DNA of 32,000 nt from Bdellovibrionales bacterium (GTDB taxonomy: Bacteria > Bdellovibrionota > Bdellovibrionia > Bdellovibrionales > UBA1609). Position numbers and translations under genes: made by a program. Each line of letters opens with the position of its first letter. Within the stretch, counting starts at the first letter, position 1. The notes under the pieces were generated by a model, which worked only from the letters and a program-made list of their open reading frames with translations, ran no database searches and was not told the origin of the DNA. Below are positions 9,371-20,134 of the stretch, piece by piece. The stretch lies in contig OY843585.1 in the NCBI GenBank assembly GCA_963692945.1, forward strand, positions 1,080,001 through 1,112,000. Direction: 5' to 3'.

Positions 9371-9580
9371 ACAAAACTCTAGTTCAGATCTAATACCCTT
9401 TTCTTTTTAGGAGATTTTCGTCGTAAGAGGGACACTCTTTTACAAAACTCTAGTGTTACCTTTCTTATTTTCTGACCTTTCATCGTAAGAGGGACACTCT
9501 TCAAGTTCAGAAAATAAGAAAGGGATTCATAGAGAAAACCTACTGGTTTTTTTTGCATGTGGTAATCTTTTCAAATCTCA
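9371..9580 (-). repeat. Mosaic palindromic repeat cluster, cores inverted relative to 8454-8747
   Basis: Reverse-complement cores at 9415-9441 (partial; lacks the TTGAA 5' end) and 9476-9506. The second is enclosed by a perfect 17-bp stem cctttcttattttctga / tcagaaaataagaaagg (9459-9475 / 9507-9523). acaaaactctagt motif at 9371-9383 and 9442-9454. Confidence 0.7.
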
Positions 9581-9614
9581 AAAAACAAAAAAGTCTTTCT
9601 AGGGAAAAATGGAG

Positions 9615-10187
9615 TTAACGAATTGGTTTTCTTGCTTTGGCTCCATGATCTTTAAGGATTTCAGCCACTTCTGTATGTTTTAAATTTTGTGCTTTTTCTA
9701 AAAGGAAAGGAATTCCGTTTTCATTTTTTTCGTTCACATCTGCTCCTGCTTCTATCAGAAGTTTTACGATTTTAGGAAAATTTTTAAAAACAGCCCAAAA
9801 AAGAGCTGAGTTTGGTCTTACTGATGATGATCCAAATGGATCACTTCTTGAATTAGGGTCATGACCTTTATCCAGAAGACATTTTACAGCTTCTGTGTCT
9901 CCAAATACGACAGATCTCGCAAGATCATCAGGTATTGTTAAAAGACGATCATTTTGTATCACCAACTCAACTGCTGGATCTATGGCAATAAATATACCAG
10001 ATTCAATAATGCGAGTTCGTTCTATCACCTTGCAACCTTTAACCATTTCATACTTTCTATTGGCTTCAAGATATTTTTTGGTTTCTTCTAGAGTCATGTT
10101 TTCATTTTTTTTCAGATTGTCATCTTCTTTACAAGAAAGTTGAAACAAGCTTCCAATAAGTATAAAAATAAATAAAATATATTTCAT
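9615..10187 (-). CDS. Ankyrin-repeat protein with signal peptide (possible lipoprotein), paralog 1
   Basis: 190 aa. N-terminus MKYILFIFILIGSLFQLSC. ANK-like segments (KIVKLLIEAGADVNEKNENG). Tandem paralog of 10341-10898. Confidence 0.8.
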   Translation of the reverse strand: MKYILFIFILIGSLFQLSCKEDDNLKKNENMTLEETKKYLEANRKYEMVKGCKVIERTRIIESGIFIAIDPAVELVIQNDRLLTIPDDLARSVVFGDTEAVKCLLDKGHDPNSRSDPFGSSSVRPNSALFWAVFKNFPKIVKLLIEAGADVNEKNENGIPFLLEKAQNLKHTEVAEILKDHGAKARKPIR

Positions 10188-10340
10188 AAGAATAACCTAT
10201 CAAATTTTGTAAAAGAAGTAAATTTGTTATCTGCTTTATGAAAAGGAATGTATTGCTCACTCTATACAAGTAGGAGTTTTTATCTATTTTGTATGAAGTT
10301 TTTTATTCAGTTGTAGATGTATTGTCATGAAAAAAATTAT

Positions 10341-10898
10341 TTAACGAATTGGTTTTTTTAGTGTAGCTCCATGAGCTTTAAGGATTTCTGCTATCTCTCC
10401 ATCAGAATGTATTAACAGAAAAGAATCTCCTTTATAATCTTTCTCATTTACGTTCGCTCCTGCTTCTGCCAGAAGCTTTACGATTTTAGGGTTATTGTTA
10501 GAAACAGCTAAATGAAGAGCGGAAGGTGGTACTCCTGCTGATCCAAATGGCTGACTTTTTACATTAGGGTCATGACCTTTATCCAGAAGACATTTTACAG
10601 CTTCTACATCTTCAAACGCAATAGACCTCACAAGGTCATCAGGTATTGTTAAGTCTTGTCTATTTTTTTCCAATAGCCTGCCTACTGAATCAAAGTCAAT
10701 AGATATACCAATCTGAATATTACGAGTTCGTTCTATCACCTTACAACCTTTAACCATTTCATATTTTCTTTCAGCTTCAAGAGTTCTTTTAGCTTCTTCT
10801 AGAGTCCTAAACCCTTCTATCCTTGGTATTTTATCTTCTTTACAAGAAAATTGAAATAAGCTTCCAATAAATATAAAAATAAATAAAATGTATTTCAT
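10341..10898 (-). CDS. Ankyrin-repeat protein with signal peptide (possible lipoprotein), paralog 2
   Basis: 185 aa. N-terminus MKYILFIFIFIGSLFQFSC. ANK motif KIVKLLAEAGANVNEKDYKG. Shares its C-terminal KPIR and long identical nucleotide runs with paralog 1. Confidence 0.8.
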   Translation of the reverse strand: MKYILFIFIFIGSLFQFSCKEDKIPRIEGFRTLEEAKRTLEAERKYEMVKGCKVIERTRNIQIGISIDFDSVGRLLEKNRQDLTIPDDLVRSIAFEDVEAVKCLLDKGHDPNVKSQPFGSAGVPPSALHLAVSNNNPKIVKLLAEAGANVNEKDYKGDSFLLIHSDGEIAEILKAHGATLKKPIR

Positions 10899-10964
10899 AA
10901 TGGTTTTAACCTATCAAAATTTGTAAAAGAAGTAAAAAATTTTTTCATAATCTATATCTTTTTT

Positions 10965-12839
10965 TTAAAAATACTTACATGCATTAGCTGTAGGTTCTTG
11001 ATGATTAGGGGTTTTTTTCTTTTCTTTTGTATTTAAGTTTTTAATTCTATTTTCAATGTATTTTTTCATATCCTTAAATCTATTTATTCCTTCAGCCTTA
11101 CTCATAAGTTCAATAGATTCTTTACTAGCTTGTAATAAAAAAGCTCTAGCTGAGACCATAATCTCTATAGATTTACTGTTTGTATATTTATTAATTGCTC
11201 CCAAAATAAGAAGTAAATTCTTACACTTACAAAATTTTTCTGGCTGAAGATTCGCTTTCTTTATAAATGGCTCAATTTGATCAGAGGAAATACATATAGA
11301 TTTTATCTGTCCTAATGGAATCTTTCTTTGTGATCCTTGAGTCACACAAGCCACTTCATTTTTATTAAATACACCACCACCACTATATCCAGGGACAATG
11401 TTAGTTTCCTTTAATTGACCATAGTCATTATTTAAGAAGATAACTTTTCCTGATTCAATAACACTTAAGTCACTTTTTAAATATTCCACAACACTTCCTT
11501 TTGGAACATTAGAGGTTAAAGGAATGTTTTTATTTAACTGAGCTTGAAACATTTTATTTATTTCTTCCTCTGTTACAAGACCTTTTTTTGCAAGTTGCTG
11601 AAGATATATTCTCTCTGAAGGTTCTAACAAATCTCCATTTGTTATAGGATTTCCTATAATTTCAAGAAGAGCTAAATCAAGATCACAATCATAATAGATA
11701 ATATTAGCTGATTTCTTTTTACCAGATGTTAATGTAATAGATACACTTTGACCTGTTTGAGCTTGTTTTTTAACACCTGTATTGTCACTTATTACATGAT
11801 AGTTTGTAATAATGTATTTTGATGAATACAAAAAGCCATTTCCAGTTCCTGCGATTGAATTGACCCTAACCCCTCTCAATATACTTGAAAAAGGAGATGT
11901 TTCAAGCAATTCTAAGAGCTCTTTTTTTAATTTTTCAACTTCTTCAGTTTCTCCTATGTCTTTCATAAAAATTATTTTTCGTTTAATTTCTTCTGCTCTG
12001 CTAAGCCAGATTTGTAAATTTGCTTTTGCAACATCACTTGGAGCTACTTGAGCAAAAAAGGCTTGTAGTTTTTTTGCCTTTGCTATTTGAATGTCTAAGT
12101 AAGGTTCAAATGTATTTTTAAATTCAATAAATTGTTCTTTAGTTATCTTAGGAGGGGGAATTAAGGAGGGATTTATACCATTTTCAGGGACACTTTGTGG
12201 GTTTCTCAGATCAGGTATAATTTGAGGTCTTGTCGGTGTTGTTGGAATTGGATCAGGAGAAGTCGGTGTTGTTGTAAGAGGAGGATCAGAAATAATTTGA
12301 GATGTAGGTGTCGTTATAGGAGGATCATAAGGATTAAGTCTATCTGATAAACCCTCTGTTGTTCTAAAAAAATCTGGTTGAATGCGATTTATTTCATCTT
12401 GATTTTCATTTATAATGCTAATGGCTTCGTCTTTATCTTTTGAACTTCCATATTTTAATACATCTTTATAGTATTTTAAACCCTCTCTTTTATCTTTTCT
12501 TACACCCTTAGCTCCATAAAAATACATATGAGCTATAAATGGAGCTGTTTCTTTTTTGTAACCCAAGTCATAGGACTCTTTAAAATCTTCTAAGGATTTC
12601 GCCATATTAGGTTTTATAAAAAGTTCATCTGTTCCTTGATGTTTCACTCCGTAGTAATGTATTTTTCCCATTTCAAAAAGATATTCTTTATCTTTTTTTG
12701 AGTAGGCTTTTTCTTTTATAAAATTATAGCTGTCAGGGAACATCACAAGATTTTCAGAAAAACTAAAAAAAGGGGAAAATAAAAGAAGAAGAAAAAGACT
12801 TTTAAAGGACATTAAAATAATATATCGGAAAATTATCAA
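10965..12839 (-). CDS. Secreted Sel1-like repeat, Pro/Thr linker, trypsin-like (S1) serine protease fusion
   Basis: Signal peptide, then Sel1-like repeats (IAHMYFYGAKGVRKDKREGLKYYKDV) and a PT-rich linker (PPITTPTSQ...TTPTRPQ). Catalytic triad context: TNYHV (His), DLDLALLEI (Asp), GYSGGGVF (Ser). The track start is TTG at 12839; ATG at 12812 (MSFKSLF...) is an alternative. Confidence 0.75.
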   Translation of the reverse strand: MIIFRYIILMSFKSLFLLLLFSPFFSFSENLVMFPDSYNFIKEKAYSKKDKEYLFEMGKIHYYGVKHQGTDELFIKPNMAKSLEDFKESYDLGYKKETAPFIAHMYFYGAKGVRKDKREGLKYYKDVLKYGSSKDKDEAISIINENQDEINRIQPDFFRTTEGLSDRLNPYDPPITTPTSQIISDPPLTTTPTSPDPIPTTPTRPQIIPDLRNPQSVPENGINPSLIPPPKITKEQFIEFKNTFEPYLDIQIAKAKKLQAFFAQVAPSDVAKANLQIWLSRAEEIKRKIIFMKDIGETEEVEKLKKELLELLETSPFSSILRGVRVNSIAGTGNGFLYSSKYIITNYHVISDNTGVKKQAQTGQSVSITLTSGKKKSANIIYYDCDLDLALLEIIGNPITNGDLLEPSERIYLQQLAKKGLVTEEEINKMFQAQLNKNIPLTSNVPKGSVVEYLKSDLSVIESGKVIFLNNDYGQLKETNIVPGYSGGGVFNKNEVACVTQGSQRKIPLGQIKSICISSDQIEPFIKKANLQPEKFCKCKNLLLILGAINKYTNSKSIEIMVSARAFLLQASKESIELMSKAEGINRFKDMKKYIENRIKNLNTKEKKKTPNHQEPTANACKYF

Positions 12840-12905
12840 AAAAACTTTAGTTGTTTATCTAGGAAAGTTTAAAAAAACTATCTTAGTGATTACTTTAGAT
12901 TTTAG

Positions 12906-12926
12906 ATCGTTCAGTTTTTGAACGAT
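12906..12926. promoter_or_regulatory. 8-bp perfect hairpin upstream of the protease gene
   Basis: atcgttca-gtttt-tgaacgat, 67 nt upstream of the 12839 start. Function unknown. Confidence 0.3.
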
Positions 12927-13200
12927 AATTTCATTTAAAAAATGAATAAAGTTCTAAAGAATATATAATTTCCTACAAAAACAAGTTCTAAAAAGGAGGA
13001 TGAAAATAAAAAAAGCCCTCTCAAAAAGAGGACTTTTTATTTATTAAGAAAGAGATGTGCTTACCTTATTTTTGGTCTGAATCTCTTGCCACTTCTTGCC
13101 AATGAGTGCTATTCTTTGCCTTTAAAAGTGTTGATTTACTTATGTTTTATTGAATTTACAACGCTCCAAATTTTTCCTACTCATTGAGGTTTTAAAAAAA

Positions 13201-13465
13201 TTTACAGACTTAAGTACAAAGCACAAAGCTTAATAATTTATTAAACTTGACTCTACCCCCCCCCATTTAAAATAAAATATAACATAATTAAACAAAGGAG
13301 GAAATTATGAAATATTTAATACTATTAAGTTTATTTTTTTGCATACAAGTTTTTGCAAAGAAACCAAGTTTGTCGGACCTACCTGCTGTAGGTGTAGGTG
13401 GATATGGTGGTGCTGTGGGTGGTGGATATCCTGGAACTGGGAACGAGAGAGATATTAGAGAAGAA
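13201..13465 (+). repeat. Direct repeat copy B: promoter, signal peptide and Gly-rich 5' cassette
   Basis: See 8749-9035. The two copies lie in direct orientation 4.45 kb apart. Confidence 0.9.
13247..13273 (+). promoter_or_regulatory. Candidate sigma70-type promoter with C9 tract in the spacer
   Basis: TTGACT (13247-13252), 15-nt spacer containing C9 (13256-13264), TAAAAT (13268-13273). RBS AAAGGAGG precedes the ATG at 13307. Confidence 0.5.
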
Positions 13466-13729
13466 ACTTTACAAAAATATTATTCTAGTCAAGTATTTGA
13501 TTGGGGGGGTCACGTAGAAACGGTAAGAAACAGTTTGAAAAATCTTAACAGAGCAAATGATAAAAAATACCGTCAGGGAAAAAAATTATTTGAATATAGA
13601 AAAGCGCAGAAATTTTCAAACCAGGCACTTGCTAGAAAAGATTTAAAAGATCTTAAAACAAGCCACTACAACGTGAAAAAAAATATAGCAAGAATAGAAG
13701 ATATGTTAAAACGACTAGATGCGCGTTAA
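13307..13729 (+). CDS. Small secreted Gly-rich / Lys-rich helical protein, paralog B
   Basis: 140 aa. The first ~38 aa are near-identical to paralog A, while the C-terminal half is diverged but alignable. Contains a G7 run at 13503-13509. Confidence 0.75.
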   Translation: MKYLILLSLFFCIQVFAKKPSLSDLPAVGVGGYGGAVGGGYPGTGNERDIREETLQKYYSSQVFDWGGHVETVRNSLKNLNRANDKKYRQGKKLFEYRKAQKFSNQALARKDLKDLKTSHYNVKKNIARIEDMLKRLDAR

Positions 13730-13770
13730 GTTTTTACAAGCTTAAGGTTTATTCTAACAAGATTCAGATA

Positions 13771-13798
13771 AGAGTTAAGGTTTTACAATCTTAACTCT
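13771..13798 (+). terminator. Candidate terminator hairpin of paralog B
   Basis: agagttaag-gttttacaat-cttaactct gives a 9-bp stem, but the downstream T tract is weak. Confidence 0.4.
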
Positions 13799-14090
13799 TA
13801 TTCTAACGAGATTTGAAGAGTGTCCCCTCTTACGATGAAAGCTCCTAAACTAATGTGCGAAAACCAGCAGGTTTTCTCTAGGAACACCCCTCCTTATTTT
13901 CTGAACTTGAAGAGTGTCCCTCTTACGATGAAAGCTCCTAAACTAATGTGCGAAAACCAGCAGGTTTTCTCTAGTTCAAACATAAGCCTATTAAGTAACT
14001 CTTATTTTAACGAGATTTGAAGAGCGTCCCTCTTGCGATGAAAAGCTCGTTAAAATAAGAGTAGGAAATATTTTTTTGAACGAGAGTTTC
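13798..14090 (+). repeat. Mosaic palindromic repeat array (three cores, one 95-bp direct duplication)
   Basis: Cores at 13811-13841, 13906-13934 and 14015-14045. The ~70-nt module 13811-13881 is repeated at 13906-13975. The third core is enclosed by a 17-bp stem (13998-14014 / 14046-14062). A right-end-like gaacgagagtttc motif lies at about 14078-14090. Confidence 0.75.
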
Positions 14091-14125
14091 AAAAAAAAAG
14101 CGACGAAGAAAACTCCGTCGCTTTT
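14091..14125 (-). terminator. Rho-independent terminator of the 23S-5S operon
   Basis: On the minus strand: GCGACG-gagttttctt-CGTCGC followed by T9. Confidence 0.75.
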
Positions 14126-14135
14126 TCAATATAAA

Positions 14136-14250
14136 GTTGGCATCTTGCTACTCTCCCTTAAGGCAAACTTAAAGTACCATCGCCGTTGGTGGGCTTAACT
14201 GCTGTGTTCGGAATGGGAACAGGTGTTACACCACCGCTATTGACACCAAC
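14136..14250 (-). rRNA. rrf: 5S ribosomal RNA
   Basis: The reverse complement contains CCGAACACAGCAGTTAAGC, GCGATGGTACT and GGGAGAGTAGCAAGATGCCAAC. Helix I ends pair (GTTGGTGTC / GATGCCAAC). About 115 nt. Confidence 0.9.
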
Positions 14251-14361
14251 AATCTGTCAATCTTAAATATTTTGCTCTATAATTTACAATATAATTATAG
14301 AAACAAACAAATGTATATCAATTCAAATCATTCTTAGCTTTTATCAATTGAGCATTTTCCA

Positions 14362-17328
<2,967 letters not shown>

Positions 17329-17500
17329 TTTCTAAATAACGTCTCTTGATAAAATTTTTATGCCAAGAATGATTTGAATTGATCAAACCATTTTTTTCCG
17401 CAAAAAATGATAACAAATTGTTATAATTGTTTGTTTCTTTTATATAATTTACACTATTCAATTTTCAAAGAGCAAAAATCTTATGAGATTTTGAAAGAGA

Positions 17501-17529
17501 AATCTACTGAAGGGCCTAGTCAAAGTCAA
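17501..17529 (-). promoter_or_regulatory. Candidate promoter of the 23S-5S operon
   Basis: On the minus strand: TTGACT (17529-17524), 17-nt spacer, TAGATT (17506-17501). This lies about 170 nt upstream of the mature 23S 5' end. Confidence 0.35.
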
Positions 17530-17584
17530 CGACTATTTTAAAGGCTTTCAAGCCTCAACATTGTGGATAACTTAAAAGGAGGCT

Positions 17585-17612
17585 TTGACTAGTAAATAAG
17601 GTATTCTACAAT
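17585..17612 (+). promoter_or_regulatory. Candidate promoter for the 17827-20085 gene pair
   Basis: TTGACT (17585-17590), 16-nt spacer, TACAAT (17607-17612). Implies a ~200-nt leader. Confidence 0.35.
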
Positions 17613-17826
17613 TCATTCGTTTTTTAGGGAGCAACTTTAAAATACCAATCCCTTTTTAAATTAAAAACCCTGTTCTTTGTCTTACAAAAGAGCTTCTTAT
17701 TCTTAACTCTTTTAGAAGTTCTTTCTATTGAGATGGGGAATAAATTCAAAATAAGGTCTAAATCTTAACAATTCACACTTTATACTTTAAAGCTTTAATT
17801 GTATAATTTTTTTATTAGGAGGCTTT

Positions 17827-18456
17827 ATGAGACCAGTAACTTTATCTCTTTTTTTGTTTATTTTATTCATTCCAGCGACAACCCTATCTGCTGAAAAAGT
17901 TAAAAAACAAGAATCTTTTTTACAAAAAGTGGAAAACTTTTTTGGATTATCTTCCACTAAAAAAACAAAGGATCCAAAAAAGATAAAAGAATCTGAGACA
18001 ACAGCTATTTCCTATACAGATAAAAAAGATGTTGTTGATTCCAACTACTATAGAAAAATCAGTTCTAAAGCTATCAAAACTAAACAGGATAATCTTATCA
18101 ATGCCATGTCTAACTCTTGTGATCCTAATGAAAGTCCCTTTGAAAGATTAAAAACTTTTAAATCCAATCTCATAAAATTAAGAAAATATTTAAAAGCCAT
18201 TAGCACTTCACCCAAAGTTGATCTTGATCAACAGATGCAATCTAAAGATATTTATTTACAAATCAATGAGGAAAATGTTCCTTTCTTAAACATTATAGAT
18301 GAAGAAGGTGCAACTATAAAAGACAAGGTGTTGGCTTTAGAAAAATTTTTCTTATCTTATCAAGGTTACTATATTAAAGATAAAGAAAGTGATTTAGATG
18401 ACTGGGCAAAAACAATCGTTAAGGGAATAACTTGTATTGATGGCCAATCTCTTTAA
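17827..18456 (+). CDS. Hypothetical secreted protein
   Basis: 209 aa. Strong RBS AGGAGG and signal peptide MRPVTLSLFLFILFIPATTLSA. No family recognised. Confidence 0.7.
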   Translation: MRPVTLSLFLFILFIPATTLSAEKVKKQESFLQKVENFFGLSSTKKTKDPKKIKESETTAISYTDKKDVVDSNYYRKISSKAIKTKQDNLINAMSNSCDPNESPFERLKTFKSNLIKLRKYLKAISTSPKVDLDQQMQSKDIYLQINEENVPFLNIIDEEGATIKDKVLALEKFFLSYQGYYIKDKESDLDDWAKTIVKGITCIDGQSL

Positions 18457-18474
18457 GACAATACAAGTGATTTT

Positions 18475-20085
18475 ATGAAAAAAATACAAAATACTTTATT
18501 ACTGCTTTTATTCTCTAACACCCTTGCTTATTCTGAAGTCAAAATTCCCTACGAACAATGCAATTGGACAAATAAAGACTATACGGAACACATCATAGAA
18601 AATTCTAAAAAAGTCTATTACACCGAAGAGGAGACTGAAGCTTGTATAGATTGTTTGTATCCATCTCCAAAAGAACAATCTCGCTTTGATAGTTTTATGA
18701 GATCCTTTGTCAATGCGGATAAATCAAACCAAATTCCAGAAATTTGTTTTTTCGCTAGTTCTATAAGATCTACGGAAAAAAAAGGAGGGAAGAGTTCTAG
18801 AAATTACTATTACTGTAAAGAACCTACAAGTAAACGCCCATCAAGATCCATGACTGTTTTTAACCCTGACAAAAAAAGAAACCAAAAAAAATGGGCAAGA
18901 AGAACTTGTCTTTCTAAAAATTATATGGATATGACAATCCAATCTTTCAATTACATGACAAATTGTTTTGGCATCTCAGATTTAAAAGAAAAAAAGGAAC
19001 TGTTTACAATTTTCAATCATGAATCTTCTTTTATTCTAAACAATAGAAGTGAAACAGATGCAAGATGCTATGGCCAGTTAACAGAAGATGCTATTGATCA
19101 AATGGATAAGATGATTTATAGTAAAGAGAAAAGCCATGAACAATATACCGTTTTCTATAAACAAGCTTTAAAAAACTGTCCTGATCTCAAAGAAAAATTA
19201 ATTATCCCTAAAATGATTATAGAAGAAACATCGGCAAAACCATCTACTACTAAACTTGGAAAGTTACAGGACAAAACAGACCCAACTTGTAGAGTGAGCC
19301 AACACCCTCACACCTGTTTTTTCTATTCTATATTTCACTTTGTATCAAATAAGGTTAGGTTTGAAAGAAATGTCAATTTTGTAGCCAACGAAATACCTTA
19401 TAAAGAGGATGAGAAAGTGGTTACTAACAGAGACGCCTTAATCAAAGATTTCAAACTACCTATTACATTGACAAAGATTCTTCGTGTAAAAGGAGTTTTT
19501 ACAAAAAAAAATGGCAAGAGAGTTAAAGCAGATTGGATATTTCAAGATGATCATGCACTGTATAAAAGTATAAAAAATCTAACTTATGATCCTCAACAAA
19601 TAAAAGTTCAAAAAATAGATCTCTATAGAGATAGAGATATGGATAAAATCAATACATTCACTACACATACGGCTCATAACGGAGGGGCTTCTGTTATAGT
19701 TAAGCATTTTGAAGAATTTATAAGAAAGCAAAAAGAACAAATTTCTGTTGCCTCTTTTTGCGATAGATTAAAATCTTCTAAACTTAAAATTTGTAAACAT
19801 AGAAAACAAATTATGAATTACCAACCTTTAAGTTTTAAAGATTTTTCAACCCCTTTTTCTGATCATCTAAAAGCAAATTACGGAAAAGCAGGCACCAGCT
19901 CAAAAAGAAGATTAGAAGTAGGGAATTTCTATAAACACTTACTAAAGAATAAAGATTATCTAAAAAATAAAGATAACTTCTTAGCCAGCCAACTCACAAG
20001 ATTACACAAAAACAATCCCAATGTTTCTCCTGAAGATATAGAAGCTTTTGTAAAAGAAAGCAAAAAACAATGTTCTGATTTTTAA
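18475..20085 (+). CDS. Secreted Cys-rich protein, possible divergent lytic transglycosylase (SLT-like) domain
   Basis: 536 aa with a signal peptide. IFNHESSFILNNRSETDARCYGQLTEDAI resembles SLT motifs ES..(about 15 aa)..GLMQ. AHNGG resembles AYNxG but lies about 200 aa further on, unusually far. Confidence 0.65.
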   Translation: MKKIQNTLLLLLFSNTLAYSEVKIPYEQCNWTNKDYTEHIIENSKKVYYTEEETEACIDCLYPSPKEQSRFDSFMRSFVNADKSNQIPEICFFASSIRSTEKKGGKSSRNYYYCKEPTSKRPSRSMTVFNPDKKRNQKKWARRTCLSKNYMDMTIQSFNYMTNCFGISDLKEKKELFTIFNHESSFILNNRSETDARCYGQLTEDAIDQMDKMIYSKEKSHEQYTVFYKQALKNCPDLKEKLIIPKMIIEETSAKPSTTKLGKLQDKTDPTCRVSQHPHTCFFYSIFHFVSNKVRFERNVNFVANEIPYKEDEKVVTNRDALIKDFKLPITLTKILRVKGVFTKKNGKRVKADWIFQDDHALYKSIKNLTYDPQQIKVQKIDLYRDRDMDKINTFTTHTAHNGGASVIVKHFEEFIRKQKEQISVASFCDRLKSSKLKICKHRKQIMNYQPLSFKDFSTPFSDHLKANYGKAGTSSKRRLEVGNFYKHLLKNKDYLKNKDNFLASQLTRLHKNNPNVSPEDIEAFVKESKKQCSDF

Positions 20086-20134
20086 ATTTTATTTTTGGAA
20101 AAAAGTTTTTATTTTTTCTCTTACTTTTTTATAG

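Noticed and set aside
12996-13043. 15-codon micro-ORF (MKIKKALSKRGLFIY) after AAAGGAGG, overlapping a small hairpin with a T-run.
   Set aside because: The SD sequence abuts the ATG with zero spacing. The sequence is better explained as a weak stem-loop (CCTCT-caaaa-AGAGG), and there is no supporting conservation.
13811-13881. Hammerhead or other small self-cleaving ribozyme in the repeat core (GATGAAA, GTC).
   Set aside because: There is no room for the three-stem architecture between the GUC and the GAUGA/GAAA elements, and the CUGAUGA box is not intact.
13820-14020. 66-aa ORF and shorter MKAPKLMCENQQVFS-type ORFs that read through the repeat units.
   Set aside because: The reading frame is not conserved between copies; for example, the 8581 copy hits a stop after 11 codons. 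There is no RBS, and the periodic peptide is a by-product of translating repeats.
13798-14090. CRISPR array hypothesis. The ~29-nt core GTTGAAGAGTGTCCCTCTTACGATGAAAG resembles a CRISPR repeat in length, internal hairpin and ATGAAAG 3' end. The same applies to 8454-8747.
   Set aside because: Core spacing is irregular (95-110 bp). The intervening sequences are themselves repeated between units and loci rather than unique. Cores occur in both orientations and singly at 21459. No cas genes or leader are present.
17329-17826. Hidden tRNA or truncated 16S remnant in the 23S upstream region.
   Set aside because: No T-loop (GGTTCRANYC) or anticodon-arm patterns are present, and no blocks resemble conserved 16S 3' sequences (for example the anti-SD CCTCCTT context). 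The region is AT-rich promoter/leader-like DNA.
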